Below, piece by piece: positions 24,101 to 34,734 of a stretch of DNA of 64,000 bases. The stretch comes from Octopus vulgaris. Its lineage: Eukaryota. Position numbers and translations under genes: made by a program. Where the stretch lies: contig OX597815.1 of assembly GCA_951406725.2 (NCBI GenBank), positions 113,212,001-113,276,000 of the forward strand, written 5' to 3'. The notes under the pieces were generated by a model. The model was not told the origin of the DNA, did not search any database, and worked only from the letters and a program-made list of their open reading frames with translations. Each line of letters opens with the position of its first letter. The stretch's first letter is position 1.

Positions 24101-27100
24101 ATATACTTTTGAACAAAAGCGACATTTGTATGAATTACATTTAGCATGTGTATATATATGATGTTTAAGTGTTGATGATGCTCGAAATGATTTAGGACAA
24201 TGAGGACATGGGTAAGGTTTTTCCCCCGTATGTGTTCTAACATGTCTGGTTAAATTGCTGGGATTAGCAAAGGAAGCTCGACAGCACTTGCATCTAAAAG
24301 GTTTTTCTCCGGTATGTGTTCGTATGTGTTTAATTAAGTTGCATCGAGAAGGGAAACCTCTGCCACAAAATTTACAACTATGCTGTTTACGATGAGTCTT
24401 TCGTTTAGTAGCTTTACGTTTTGTGGATTTCATCTCAAAGTCGGAACTATTATGCATTTCATTCTCTGAAGATAGTGATTGAATGTTTACATTGATTTCT
24501 TCACTTTTATAAGGTGAATTGCAATTGCTACTTACATTTTCAACTTCAATATGAGAATTTCCATAAGGTAAAGTTAAGAAATCTTCCTTGGAAAATCTCT
24601 CTTCAATCAGTATAACCTGCTCAGATTTGGACAGCTTTACAGGGCTCTCATTATATATTTTAGATTCCTCATCATCAACATTTTCAACACAAACATCAGA
24701 ATAGCTTGCTTTAGAATTATCATTTGAATCCATCACTGTCAAACCTGGTCTGGGACTTTGAGAGAGAAAATGTTCATTTTCAGCATCTGATTCATTTAAA
24801 TTTTCAGGAAGCTCACAGAATTCATCGCTTTGGGGAAAACCTTCAGAAAAGACCTTCTTAACCATTGGATTTACCTCTAAAGAATCAGAATTATGTAGTT
24901 TCACAGAGGGACCTGATAATTTAGAGCTTGATTTATTACTTGGTATATTTTTTAGGTTTAGACTGGCTAAATCAAGGCTATTTGAAGCCACATTAACTTT
25001 AGAAACCTCAACGACACCATCATGCTGGGAAGAATTACAACCTGACTGAGTTTTCTGCATGAATCCTTGTTTAATAAAAGGAAATTGAATGCTCTGAGGA
25101 TTTGAGGTTTGTGGAGATGGTAAGGATATACTCAGGCATTCGTTTGAATCAGAATTATAATCATTAGAATAGTCTGTGTTTTCCATTGTAGTATGAATTT
25201 TTAAATGATTTACCAGTTCTTTTTTCCGAGCATACACTGCTTGACAAATGAAACAAACTTTCTGTACAGTACTTGATTGTGTATGAAGACTCATATGTAC
25301 TTTCAAATTGTTTGGTGCACGGAATGTACGAGGACATGCTGTACATTTATAAGAAGGTTCTATTGTATGAACTCGGAGATGACGAGTCATGTTGCTTGGA
25401 TTTGCAAAAGCCTTTTCGCAGAGCTGGCATTTAAATGGTTTCTCACCAGTATGTATGCGTATATGCTTGATAAGATTACTATGGACTGTGAAGCTTTTGC
25501 TACAGTAAATACAAGTGTGTAACCGACGTCCTTTAGATTTTACATTTTTATCACCATTGAGATCTGTGGATTTTAGAACCACACTATTATTTTGAGCTCT
25601 CGAACATTTTTTCTTGTCTGCAGCATCTAAACTAGTTGAATTGATAATTTTGGTAGAACCATTGAAGTCTGACTGCTTAAGAATTTCATCAGCTTTGAAG
25701 CCATTTGAATTGTTACCATTTCCATTCTTCAAATCTTCAGTAGTTTCTGAGTGACATTCAATTAAAATAGGAGAATAATTATTAAGTCTCGTACTAAGAC
25801 CACCTGGTCTTTGGGACCCATTAAGCTTTACTGAATTTTCATTACCACCAGCAGTAGCAGTTGTTACATTTGTAGTAATAGTAGTAGTAGTACTACTACT
25901 ACTACTATTACTTTTGTACATTTTAATTTTATCTGGTATTAGTTTATCAGAACCAGCAGCTACTTCTCTTTCATTACTTTCAGCATCACTAAAAGAATCT
26001 AAATCAACAGTTTCTAACTGGTTGTTTTTCCTCCGCTTGTTCAAACCATCATTTCCTTTCGTATGCATCGAAGACAATTCTTGAGGCCAGAATAATTTGG
26101 CATTATTGCTATCAAAATTAACTTTTGAAGATGAAAGAGTCTTTTCAATTTTCTCATCAACATTTTTTTTCTGTTTATGATTAATTTTCGGGCTAGGTTT
26201 TGCAGAAGCATTTTTGGAAGGTTTCTTATTGCGAGAAAAATTTTTCAGTGGATATTTTAGATGGGTTTGATGATGGCTCATTAAGCTTGAGGAGTCTCGG
26301 AAACTCCTGTCACAATAAGTACACTTGTAAGGTTTTTCTCCTGTATGTATTCGTACATGACGAGTTAAATTACTTGGGTTAGCGAAGGCCGCAGTACAAA
26401 GTGCACATTGGAATGGTTTTTCTCCTGTATGGATACGTATGTGTTTGATCAAGTTCCCATGAACAGTGAAGACTTTATCACAATAGCGGCACTTGTGAAT
26501 TTTTGGGTGTGATACAGCTTCTGTTTTTAATTTCTTGTCATGTTTAGTGCTAACATTCTTTACTAAACTAGTAATACTCAATTTATTTTTCTTATTTAAT
26601 GTTTCTTTCTGTTTCTTGCCAGAGATTTGAGTTGAGGTAAAATTAGTTAAATTATTTTCACTACCCTGAATTTCAGCATGGGAATTTAAATTTTTGGAAG
26701 ATTTGTATAAAAGTATGCTGTCATAGTTAAGATTCTGAGCCGGGGAGTGTACCCTATCAAAAATAAAACCACTACTGTTATCCTTGTCTTGAATAATCTT
26801 TTCATTGTTTGATAATGTTTGCAACATGTCATTAACAATGATTACATCATCAGAATCCTTATCACTATCCTCACCTGATTTTGGAGAATTTACTGTTTCT
26901 TTCAAATATTTTGTGGCAGTACTGTGAAGTCTTTCCTCAAGCATGTTACCTTTTTTAATCAAACTATAGAAGTTCTCTGATGCAGACAAATCTTTAACAG
27001 ATGATTCTGAGTGCTTATTTGACTCACTCAGTGCATTCAAATGTTGGATATCCCTAAAGTTATCCAAAATTGAGCTTTGTATGCTATCTAATTGGATATC

Positions 27101-28762
27101 ATTTGAGCCATCAGTACTATCCAACTGGCTGTTTTTACAGTTCTGAACAATTCCTAACTGGCTGTTCTTGCCACCGTGAATGTTATCCATCTGAACTGTA
27201 CTGATGTTCAGTACATTATCTAACTGGATATCCTTTGAACTTAGAGCATTATCCATTTGATTTTCAAGCAAAACCTTTTCAAAACAAGAATCAATAAAAC
27301 TAGTTGAAGTTTTTATACTGTCTTTTGCAAAACAATCTGTTGTTGATTTTGAATTCTTGAAATATTGATTGTATCTTTTATCATTAACATCCATGATACA
27401 AGAGTGCTGATTAAGTTCAATTGAATCAGTAAATTCATTCTGACAAAACAAACATTTGAATGATTTCTTGACACTGGTAGAATTTGACAACAACCAAGCA
27501 CTGCCTGTTTGAGTCTTATTACATGTTCCACAACATGGATGATCTTTAGAGGAATCATCACAGTCTTTAACTTGATCATCAGAGCTGAATATTCTCTGGC
27601 AGTAGAAACACTGTGTTAATTTGTGTGAAAGCTCATCTAATGTACATGTTGATTCATCCCTGAAATCAAGGCAATATCCAGAATTTACATTTTCTGACAG
27701 ATTTTCCAGATCTTTCTTAGAAATATCCAAAGCTGACTGATCCTCTTCAGTTGAGCAAAAATTCCACTGTTTTTCTTTTGATCTACCAGTCAACAAGTTA
27801 GTTTTACTGGAACCAACAGTCTGATAATCTATCTCAGACAATGTAGGTGGCTGTCGAATCTGAGGTTCTTTATTAAGATCTACAATATCAATACAAGTAC
27901 CAGCCTTGTATTCATTAAAGCTTTCTGAGAGATAGTTTACCATTTCCATGCCTTCTTTGGAAACAGGCACTTTAGTGATGAGATCTTTTTCTTCTGAATA
28001 TTGAAGATTTGCATTAGTTTTTACCTCCATATCTTGATAACTAGAAGATGAAAGAAGAGACACATCAGAACAACTGGTGTTGTTCTGGCTACTTTCAACA
28101 CTAAAAAGTAAATCTTTTTGAGAATTCAGTAAGTTGGAATCTTCTGGAATAACTAAATCTAATTGCATCTTGCAATCACCTTTTTCCAAGTTCCTTTCCA
28201 CATGATTACTCTTCAAATTTGATGAACTCTTTTCTTGGACACCCTCAGGGGAAACGTAACTTAATGAGGAAGACTCTTTCAATGTCTTATTTCTCTTCTC
28301 TTTTTTCTCAAAAGTGTTCTGAGATACTGCAGAAGATAGTGCCATTGTAGAGCTACCAAAGAGCAGACGAGAAGCTGTTTCAAAATGTTCCTCCATGTGT
28401 AAACTATACTCAGCAAAAACAGTAAACGAGCTTTCACAATGTTGGCAGGTAAAAGTTGAATCCCCAAGATGGCTTTTCAGGTGTTCCCTTAGATTTGATG
28501 ATGCACGAAAAGTCTTCTGGCAAAACGTACATATATATGGCCTGTCCCCTGTGTGTAAGCGTTTATGACGTGTGAGGTTGCTAGGATTAGCAAAAGCTTT
28601 TTCACAGATATAGCACCTGAATGGTCTTTCACCAGTATGTGTACGTGTGTGTTTAATCAAATTTCCATGGACATTAAACGTCTTGGTACAAAACGTACAT
28701 TTGTACAAACGAGGAGATTCACCTGCTCTGAAGGAGACCTTTTTCTTGGGAGAAGATGCCAT
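21143..28762 (-). CDS. Single-exon multi-cluster C2H2 zinc-finger protein, 2539 aa, about 27 fingers in 7 clusters plus 2 singletons
   Basis: Uninterrupted 7.6-kb ORF; CxxC-x12-HxxxH fingers with TGE(K/R)P(F/Y) linkers in clusters of 4,3,4,4,3,4,3; N-terminal SPKKKV NLS-like motif; start context aaaATGg. Confidence 0.96.
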   Translation of the reverse strand: MASSPKKKVSFRAGESPRLYKCTFCTKTFNVHGNLIKHTRTHTGERPFRCYICEKAFANPSNLTRHKRLHTGDRPYICTFCQKTFRASSNLREHLKSHLGDSTFTCQHCESSFTVFAEYSLHMEEHFETASRLLFGSSTMALSSAVSQNTFEKKEKRNKTLKESSSLSYVSPEGVQEKSSSNLKSNHVERNLEKGDCKMQLDLVIPEDSNLLNSQKDLLFSVESSQNNTSCSDVSLLSSSSYQDMEVKTNANLQYSEEKDLITKVPVSKEGMEMVNYLSESFNEYKAGTCIDIVDLNKEPQIRQPPTLSEIDYQTVGSSKTNLLTGRSKEKQWNFCSTEEDQSALDISKKDLENLSENVNSGYCLDFRDESTCTLDELSHKLTQCFYCQRIFSSDDQVKDCDDSSKDHPCCGTCNKTQTGSAWLLSNSTSVKKSFKCLFCQNEFTDSIELNQHSCIMDVNDKRYNQYFKNSKSTTDCFAKDSIKTSTSFIDSCFEKVLLENQMDNALSSKDIQLDNVLNISTVQMDNIHGGKNSQLGIVQNCKNSQLDSTDGSNDIQLDSIQSSILDNFRDIQHLNALSESNKHSESSVKDLSASENFYSLIKKGNMLEERLHSTATKYLKETVNSPKSGEDSDKDSDDVIIVNDMLQTLSNNEKIIQDKDNSSGFIFDRVHSPAQNLNYDSILLYKSSKNLNSHAEIQGSENNLTNFTSTQISGKKQKETLNKKNKLSITSLVKNVSTKHDKKLKTEAVSHPKIHKCRYCDKVFTVHGNLIKHIRIHTGEKPFQCALCTAAFANPSNLTRHVRIHTGEKPYKCTYCDRSFRDSSSLMSHHQTHLKYPLKNFSRNKKPSKNASAKPSPKINHKQKKNVDEKIEKTLSSSKVNFDSNNAKLFWPQELSSMHTKGNDGLNKRRKNNQLETVDLDSFSDAESNEREVAAGSDKLIPDKIKMYKSNSSSSSTTTTITTNVTTATAGGNENSVKLNGSQRPGGLSTRLNNYSPILIECHSETTEDLKNGNGNNSNGFKADEILKQSDFNGSTKIINSTSLDAADKKKCSRAQNNSVVLKSTDLNGDKNVKSKGRRLHTCIYCSKSFTVHSNLIKHIRIHTGEKPFKCQLCEKAFANPSNMTRHLRVHTIEPSYKCTACPRTFRAPNNLKVHMSLHTQSSTVQKVCFICQAVYARKKELVNHLKIHTTMENTDYSNDYNSDSNECLSISLPSPQTSNPQSIQFPFIKQGFMQKTQSGCNSSQHDGVVEVSKVNVASNSLDLASLNLKNIPSNKSSSKLSGPSVKLHNSDSLEVNPMVKKVFSEGFPQSDEFCELPENLNESDAENEHFLSQSPRPGLTVMDSNDNSKASYSDVCVENVDDEESKIYNESPVKLSKSEQVILIEERFSKEDFLTLPYGNSHIEVENVSSNCNSPYKSEEINVNIQSLSSENEMHNSSDFEMKSTKRKATKRKTHRKQHSCKFCGRGFPSRCNLIKHIRTHTGEKPFRCKCCRASFANPSNLTRHVRTHTGEKPYPCPHCPKSFRASSTLKHHIYTHAKCNSYKCRFCSKVYSIFSKFKLHLLTHSKSSAKSKCIVEDHSIPSQAFLPPVSKSVDKKIPKKIPENASDPSESSHHINRYLLDQELQPSQASFIKNEEVLGFKNSKEIAFSDEVEISAAHNDLSKNSLDHYSFFSENAVSSYAGKRTGAKKQKRRAKTNSIELNEAENRSSFWSQFPSETSTPRKRKAIHKCNYCEKAFTVSSNLRKHVRTHTGEKPFMCRFCSRPFANPSNLIRHERIHTGEKPYICNFCPQHFAASSSLKEHIKRHTAVSGNDDSLLLADIDIPTSYGRKQSAVSVVTENDLLHDKTAELSANIKYENDYSESEQEIIDDCLNVNTCALESTECSSAETEKNKESPNIIHSVLNPLTVVSDNNLAIENIKQVRYKDGQINGENLAEDVSSVSLTLHQGLKDTEKSIKFEEEQENSSCHPDKGSKNLSNVNDNSDISNSDCIITSMDAYSDGPSGMADRNFADSFHNNSNTNNNNRNKTVPFQNSSSQKSCSEELYICKYGCKTFGTYKELISHLQSHCEMKDTQADFGEEEDMNRVDSLEENTENSKGDSQVLKLFLCEYGCGTYFTVDELRRHSLEVHNKPATIKNQEDRFDSESCGSNNSILKVKSPYKCSYCTKVFSIRSQLTKHIRIHTGETPHCCHYCGAGFANPSNLTRHIRTHTGEKPYSCPSCKKAFGSSSNMKEHMKTHSKLSLYNCKFCPQKFSLFQSFQQHMKCHSNVNELTDDDDNDADNNNNDDDDDDDGGNGGDDDDDDEKHLNTQTVIYVEELDNINEQLADESAIVASNILNLEQQNESTEGNYQVPTAENMNLQSKEICYFGDLEEELKNLDAPIYTHKKPNSSRHRKRSNKSEDHIINLVDFSLSDYADGSKESPTSSKSQSHQDRKYTRNAPPKRTHITKARSLPPYVCKYCQKLFTIRSNLIKHIRTHTGERPFKCHLCEAAFANPSNLTRHVRTHTGEKPYLCLCCSKTFRASSNLKVHLRVHCS

Positions 28763-29050
28763 TTTTATACCATTTCATTTCATTCATTTAAAACAATTTA
28801 AATTATAAAGAGAAACATCTAGTTCCAAAATATATTTTGGAGAAAAAGAATCATAAATAAATAAATAATTTTTTTCTTTAGCAAGTTGTCGTGAGCATTT
28901 CACAGGAATAACTCTTAAACTACAACCATTGTTGATCACATCAATAAATAAATAAATAGGAGTAACATAAAAATTGGTGATTTAGGATCAATATATAAAT
29001 AAATAAATAAATGCTTTTTTTATTTTTGTTTTGTTTTTTGTTATTTTTCT

Positions 29051-29089
<39 letters not shown>

Positions 29090-29373
29090 CTTTTTTTTTG
29101 TGCTACTAGCTGACAAATATAATCTCAAATTTCTATGGTAATATGTTGCCAGCAACAATCTCAACAATATTTTTTGTTGAGAAAAAACGAGTCGCGAAAA
29201 AGAGTAAGAGATTCAAGTGACCATTGTAACTCCATGGGAACTGTAGAGACCACATATACATACGAGTACATATACACCTGTTTTATCATCAGGACTTCAG
29301 AGGGGAACTGATTCTTTAAGAAATTCTCCAAACATCAAATGATAAAATCCATTGCCATAACCAACATGGGAAC
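28763..29373 (-). other. Probable 5' UTR portion of the giant zinc-finger exon, splice acceptor at 29374
   Basis: The minus strand reads ttttttttattctctttcag|GTTCCC; unique sequence continues to the ATG; short upstream ORFs follow the acceptor. Confidence 0.55.
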
Positions 29374-29733
29374 CTGAAAGAGAATAAAAAAAAACTTTGG
29401 TATAGCAAATGCATAATAAATGAATTTTCTCTTTTTGAAGAGTTTTAACATTTTTTTTTTCATTTTTTTCTAACCTCTGTAGATTAATTATACTAAAAAT
29501 CTTATCATCTGCAGTTAATTACAATCACGTATTGCAATGACCAATTTTAAATTCTATTGGATTTTACTCATAAGGTACTGGAATATTATATGTATACCAT
29601 TCTGCCTAAAAAAATGGATCTACAAATGCAATATCCTTACATATCTCACACCTATTTTCTTTTATTTCCTCCACCTCACCCTCTATTTTATATCTTATCT
29701 AAATTAGCTATTTCTTAACTATTCTCTCACATC

Positions 29734-29781
29734 ATCTCCGATGAAGGGATATAATAAATATCCTGGAAACAGCTGTAAGAC
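29734..29781 (+). ncRNA. Degenerate minimal hammerhead motif in a Penelope-like tail (~29570-29850)
   Basis: TCT-CCGATGA-A-GGGATA/TATCCT-G-GAAA-CAGCTG-TA-AGA; core U4 replaced by C; palindromic stem III. Confidence 0.55.
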
Positions 29782-29890
29782 CTTCTATATATAAATGTCC
29801 TAAAATCTACACAGCCTTGGTTTTTTATCTCATTACGAAATAAAATTTATATATGTATATATACACACATACACACACAAGAGTTACAGA

Positions 29891-30501
29891 ATGGAGTAGA
29901 TAAGATCCAGGCTACATATGTTTCATAGCAAGCAGAATCTTGCAAGTGGTAAATATCCAGGTGGTGTGTATACCACAGGCTACTCATCAGGTCAAGGATA
30001 TCTTGATTAAATGAAAGTTTACATTGTCACAAGAAGGTACAAGTTAAAACATAGAAGATTCAAATTATACCGTGAAATATAAAAAGAGCGTTTTTCAGTT
30101 TATCGTACTGCAATAGGAAAAGTCCACAACCTTCCATCTCAATAAACCATTATTGTCCCTGAAAGGATCAAGGTGTGGGAAGAAAGTTAGCTTCAAGCAA
30201 TCCATAGTAAATATAAAAAAAACAACTTTCAGGGACAATAATGGTTTATTGAGATGGAAGGTTGTGGACTTTTTCCTATTGCAGTACGATAAACTGAAAA
30301 ACGTTCTTTTTATATTTCACGGTATAATTTGAATTTTCTATGTTTTAACATGTACCTTCTTGTGACAATGTAAACTTTCATTTAATCAAGATATCCTTGA
30401 CCTGATGAGTAGTCTGTGGTATACACATCACCTGGATATTTACCACTTGCAAGATTCTGCTTGCTATGAAACATATGTAGCCTGGATCTTATCTACTCCA
30501 T
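29891..30501. mobile_element. Fold-back Penelope-like element: 275-bp inverted arms, 60-bp spacer, hammerhead-like motif in each arm
   Basis: 29891-30165 and 30226-30501 differ by 5 substitutions and 1 indel; CTGATGA-GTAG(C/T)...GCTAT-GAAA-CATATG-TA at 30402-30479. Confidence 0.85.
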
Positions 30502-30512
30502 ATATATATATA

Positions 30513-30819
30513 TCACGTGATTATGTGACCGACCAGACCATCAGATGTTGTTACACATCGCTGGTCACAATGCGTTCGCATTGTTTTAGCCTTTGAATGA
30601 CGCCACCCCGCTGGCTAAGCGAGCAGGCTAACAGAGGAAAGAGTGGGAGAAACAGTGGTGAAAGAGTACAGCAGGGATCACCACCCACTGCCGGAGCCTC
30701 ATGGAGCTTTTTAGGTGTTTTCGTTCAATAAACACACACAACGCCCGGTCTGGGAATCGAAACCGCGATCCTCCGACCGCGAGTCCGCTACCCTAACCAC
30801 TGGGCCATTGTGCCTCCAC
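30513..30819 (-). mobile_element. tRNA-derived SINE family D, full length
   Basis: The minus strand begins GGAGGCACAATGGCCCAGTGGTTAGGG (A box) and continues GGTTTCGATTCCC (B box); inserted in a TA tract. Confidence 0.85.
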
Positions 30820-30850
<31 letters not shown>

Positions 30851-31654
30851 TATATACATACGGTTCAAATGTACAAAAAAGAAAAGACAGAGACAAGTGA
30901 AGGAAAAAACAAACAAAGTATATTAATTTGACACTAAGGAAAAATGGAAAACTCTTTGACATCTCAAGCCTGTTCTTCAACAGAAAGAAATGAAGAAAGA
31001 AAACAGAGAAAAAAATTGTTTCTGGATATACATACATATACATACATGCATGCATGTACTCACACATCTACATATACAGGCCTGTGCATGCACAAACACA
31101 CACACACACACACACCCACACCCATACATATGTGCCTGCATACATACATGTACAGACATTAGCACATCTCATTTAGCTTTGCAAATTCAAACATTTGCAA
31201 GAAATTTCAAGCCTTATGTCTATGCTAGAAACAATTAGAATAAATATTTTCTCTTTTTGCATTAGTATGCTGGACAAAATGCTCAGCGGCATTTCTTCCA
31301 GTTTTACATTCTGAGTTCAAATCCCACCAGGTTCAGTGAATTATAATACCAGTCAAAAATTGGGGTAATCGACTAAGCCCTTCCCCCAAATGTCTAGCCT
31401 TGTGCCTACATAACAAGCAATAATTATGGTTATTAAGGTAGAGAATCAGTAGAACCCATTAGAGTACCAGAAAAATGCCTTGTGGTATTCCCTCCAGCTC
31501 TTTGCATTCATGGTTCAAACCACACTGAGATCAACTTAGTGTTTCACCACTCGGGAATTCATAAAATAAATTGCCTGTCAAGTACTAGGGTTGATATAAT
31601 CAACAATCACCCTCCTCACAAAACTGCTGGCCTTATGCCTTCTTTGGAAACCAT

Positions 31655-31760
31655 TATTATTATCATTATTATTATTATTAGAAGACGGAGGAGGAGGAGG
31701 AGGAGGAGGAGGAGGAGAAGAAGAAGAAGAAGAAGAAGAAGAAGAAGCAGCAGCAGCAGC
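31655..31760. repeat. Compound (ATT)/(GGA)/(GAA)/(GCA) trinucleotide microsatellite between family C SINE remnants (31260-31975)
   Basis: Directly visible. Confidence 0.9.
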
Positions 31761-34434
31761 TGACAGAATTGTTACCATGACAAGCAAAATGCATAATGGC
31801 ATTTCATCCATCTTGTGAGTTCAAATCCCACCTATGCCTTTCATCCTTTTGGGGGTCAATAAATTAAGTACCAGTGAATCAATGGATCAATGGGATCAAT
31901 GTTATCAATGGGATCAATGTTATCAACTTAACCCCTCTTCCAAAATTGCTGGCTTTGTGCCAAAACTTGAAACCATAATTATTATTATTATTATTATTAT
32001 TATTAGCAGCAGCAGCAGCAGCAACTGCAGCAGTAGTAGTGGCTCAGATTTGATTTTTGCAAAACAAGATTTGGTCTTCAGTATATTTAGATTTGCTGGT
32101 ACTATAATGATAGCAATAAGGTTCGTTATTTAATCGAGAGACTTTGTTTAAAAATATAGTTGAGAACTATAGAGTAAAAGCAAAGGTTTGTTGTTGTTTT
32201 TTCTTTTTCTTTTTTTTTTTCTTTATCAAAGAGACTTAAAGAAGACATTGCAAGTGTGAGGTGTCAACCAACTCAATCACCTCAATAGGCCCGTTTTTGC
32301 CAGTCCTATTTTATTTATTTAATTTGCCATCCAGCCACCCTGAAATAGCACAGAAGTAGTTAAAACTGGGAATGAGAAAGTGGGGGATAAAATCACAGAG
32401 AATCTTATTGATAGTGCTAAAAGGGGCTAGTGTATAAGACTTGGCAACCCACAAAAAACTCCCAAGGGGCCACATGAGCTAAGCATTATGACAACTTCCA
32501 TCTCTGACCTACATTTGGAAAAGAAGAAAAACAGGGTAGCAGTACATTTTGGGAGCCCTGGTTTCTGGCCACTTTTTCACTACACTGTTTGTTGTTATTG
32601 TTGTTACTGATAATCAGATTTTTATTTTATAATTTAATTTGAGATGAGTGTGGGTTTTATTTTTCATTTTAATTGTATTTAAAAGAAGAAAAATATCTTT
32701 TTTCTTTCTTTTCTAATCTGGGAATAAATTACACTTTAGACAATTTTGGGGGCTTTTTTTTTTTGTTATTTATATTTCTGGGAGTATTAAAAAGGAAGGG
32801 GTGAGGGGAGAATAGGAAAATGTTATAAGGGTCCTGAGAAAAACAGAGTGAAATAGTCATATATATCTGTGAGAAATGAAGAAACAAAATTCGAAAAAGA
32901 GTTTTACCGGAAAAAGAACAAATGAGATGGAAGGGAAACTGAAGGAAACGAAAAAATGAACACACATGTAAAGAAATAAAAAAATAGAAACAGAAAGGAA
33001 ATATAACAATTAATATCATAAATAATAAGTTGATGTGTGGTGGTCGATGGGGGAGTAGTGTTTTGTGTTGATTTTATTTTATTTTAGCCTTGTTTGCATA
33101 ATGACCAGTAGATTTTTTGATAGGGATGTGCTCCAGACATGTAAAGACCCTGATAAATATCTTTAACAATCTTGTTAAACAAAATTGTTGTTCTTGTTAT
33201 TTCTTTATTATTTTTAATTGCTAAGGAAACAAGCAAAAAAAGAAAACTGGTATCAAATTTGCATATAAGAAAGAAAAGAGATTATAGTCAAATCTTTGTA
33301 CATATTCAACAAAGAAGGGAGGAGTCCATAGTTTTGTCAAAAGAGGAATTTGACCCCAATACCACAAGCACTACCATCAACCACCATCACCCACTGGCAT
33401 AGAAATACTTCAGATGTTTAACAGAAAACGAATAACCCCACATAATAATTAGTTCTTCTGTTTGATATCAAGACCATCTTTTGAAGAGAGAGGGATTTTA
33501 ACCAGCTGAATGATTACTTTAATATATTACAGATACCAAACTTGTAAGTTGGCAAAAATATTTAATTAATATACAAGTTTTAAACAATTCAATATTGTCC
33601 CTCTAAAGTCTAAATTATTCCTAAGTAAATTCTGCCTTTATCATGATTATCATCATTTAGTGTCCATATTCCATGCTGGCATGAGTAGGATGGTTTGACA
33701 GGATCCAACAGGTCAGAGGACTGTATTGGGCTTCAATGTCTGTTTTCACATGATTTCTACAGTTGGATGCCTTTCCTAAAGCTAACCACTTTACAGTGGG
33801 TTTGCGTGCTTTTTCATGTCATTGACATTTGCAACATCACCAAGCAGCTCACAAAACAAGATTCCTTGAATGAAGTAGGGTGTATTATTGAGGGAGGTGG
33901 CTTACACCAAGTGTTGAGAGGCAACAGTCTGACAAAGGGATAGGATCAGGTGTCTTGCTGTAGAGGAGATCTATGGCAACCAAGATGGAAAAGGAGAGAT
34001 GGTGGTGGTGATATTTTGTCAGGACATTACCTCAAGATACAAGAGGTGAATATGATGGATACGGGGGGGGGGGAACAGGTGAGGGGGATAGGGGCAGAGG
34101 ATCAGATCTTTTATCTTTTACTTGTTTTAGTGCAGCCGTGAAGAATTTTTTGTCAAATGAACTGACCTCAGTACTTATCTTTTTAAAACGTGGTACTTAT
34201 TGTATCAGTCTCTTTTGCCAAACTATTAGGTTATGGGGATGTAAACACACCAAGCAGTGGGGGGGAGGCAAACACAAACACACACATTGCACTAGAGCTA
34301 TCCACATAGTGGTAACTCTCTAATAATTTATGTATAAATTTGTATTTTCTCCCTAGTTTTTTTTGTGCTAAGCCACTCGGTGTTAAATTAATGGTATTAT
34401 TAAATTAATATCAATTTTTCACCCTCATTTATAA

Positions 34435-34488
<54 letters not shown>

Positions 34489-34734
34489 ATATAGATATAT
34501 ATATATATATATATTCAATGAACTTCTTTCAGTTTCTCTCTACCAAATTCACTCACAAGGTTTTGGATGGCCAGAGGTTATAGTAGAAGACACATGCCCA
34601 AGGTGCCATGTAATGGCACTGAATCCAGAACCATATAGCTGAGAAGCATTGCATTTACAAAAATGTGAGCGATAATGTGTACACCTTTTACTGAGCTTCC
34701 GCACAATTTCCATTTAACAGATTTCATTTAGTAG

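Noticed and set aside
22543-28801. Short alternative-frame and antisense ORFs overlapping the zinc-finger CDS
   Set aside because: Expected by chance in a 7.6-kb ORF; no recognisable domains
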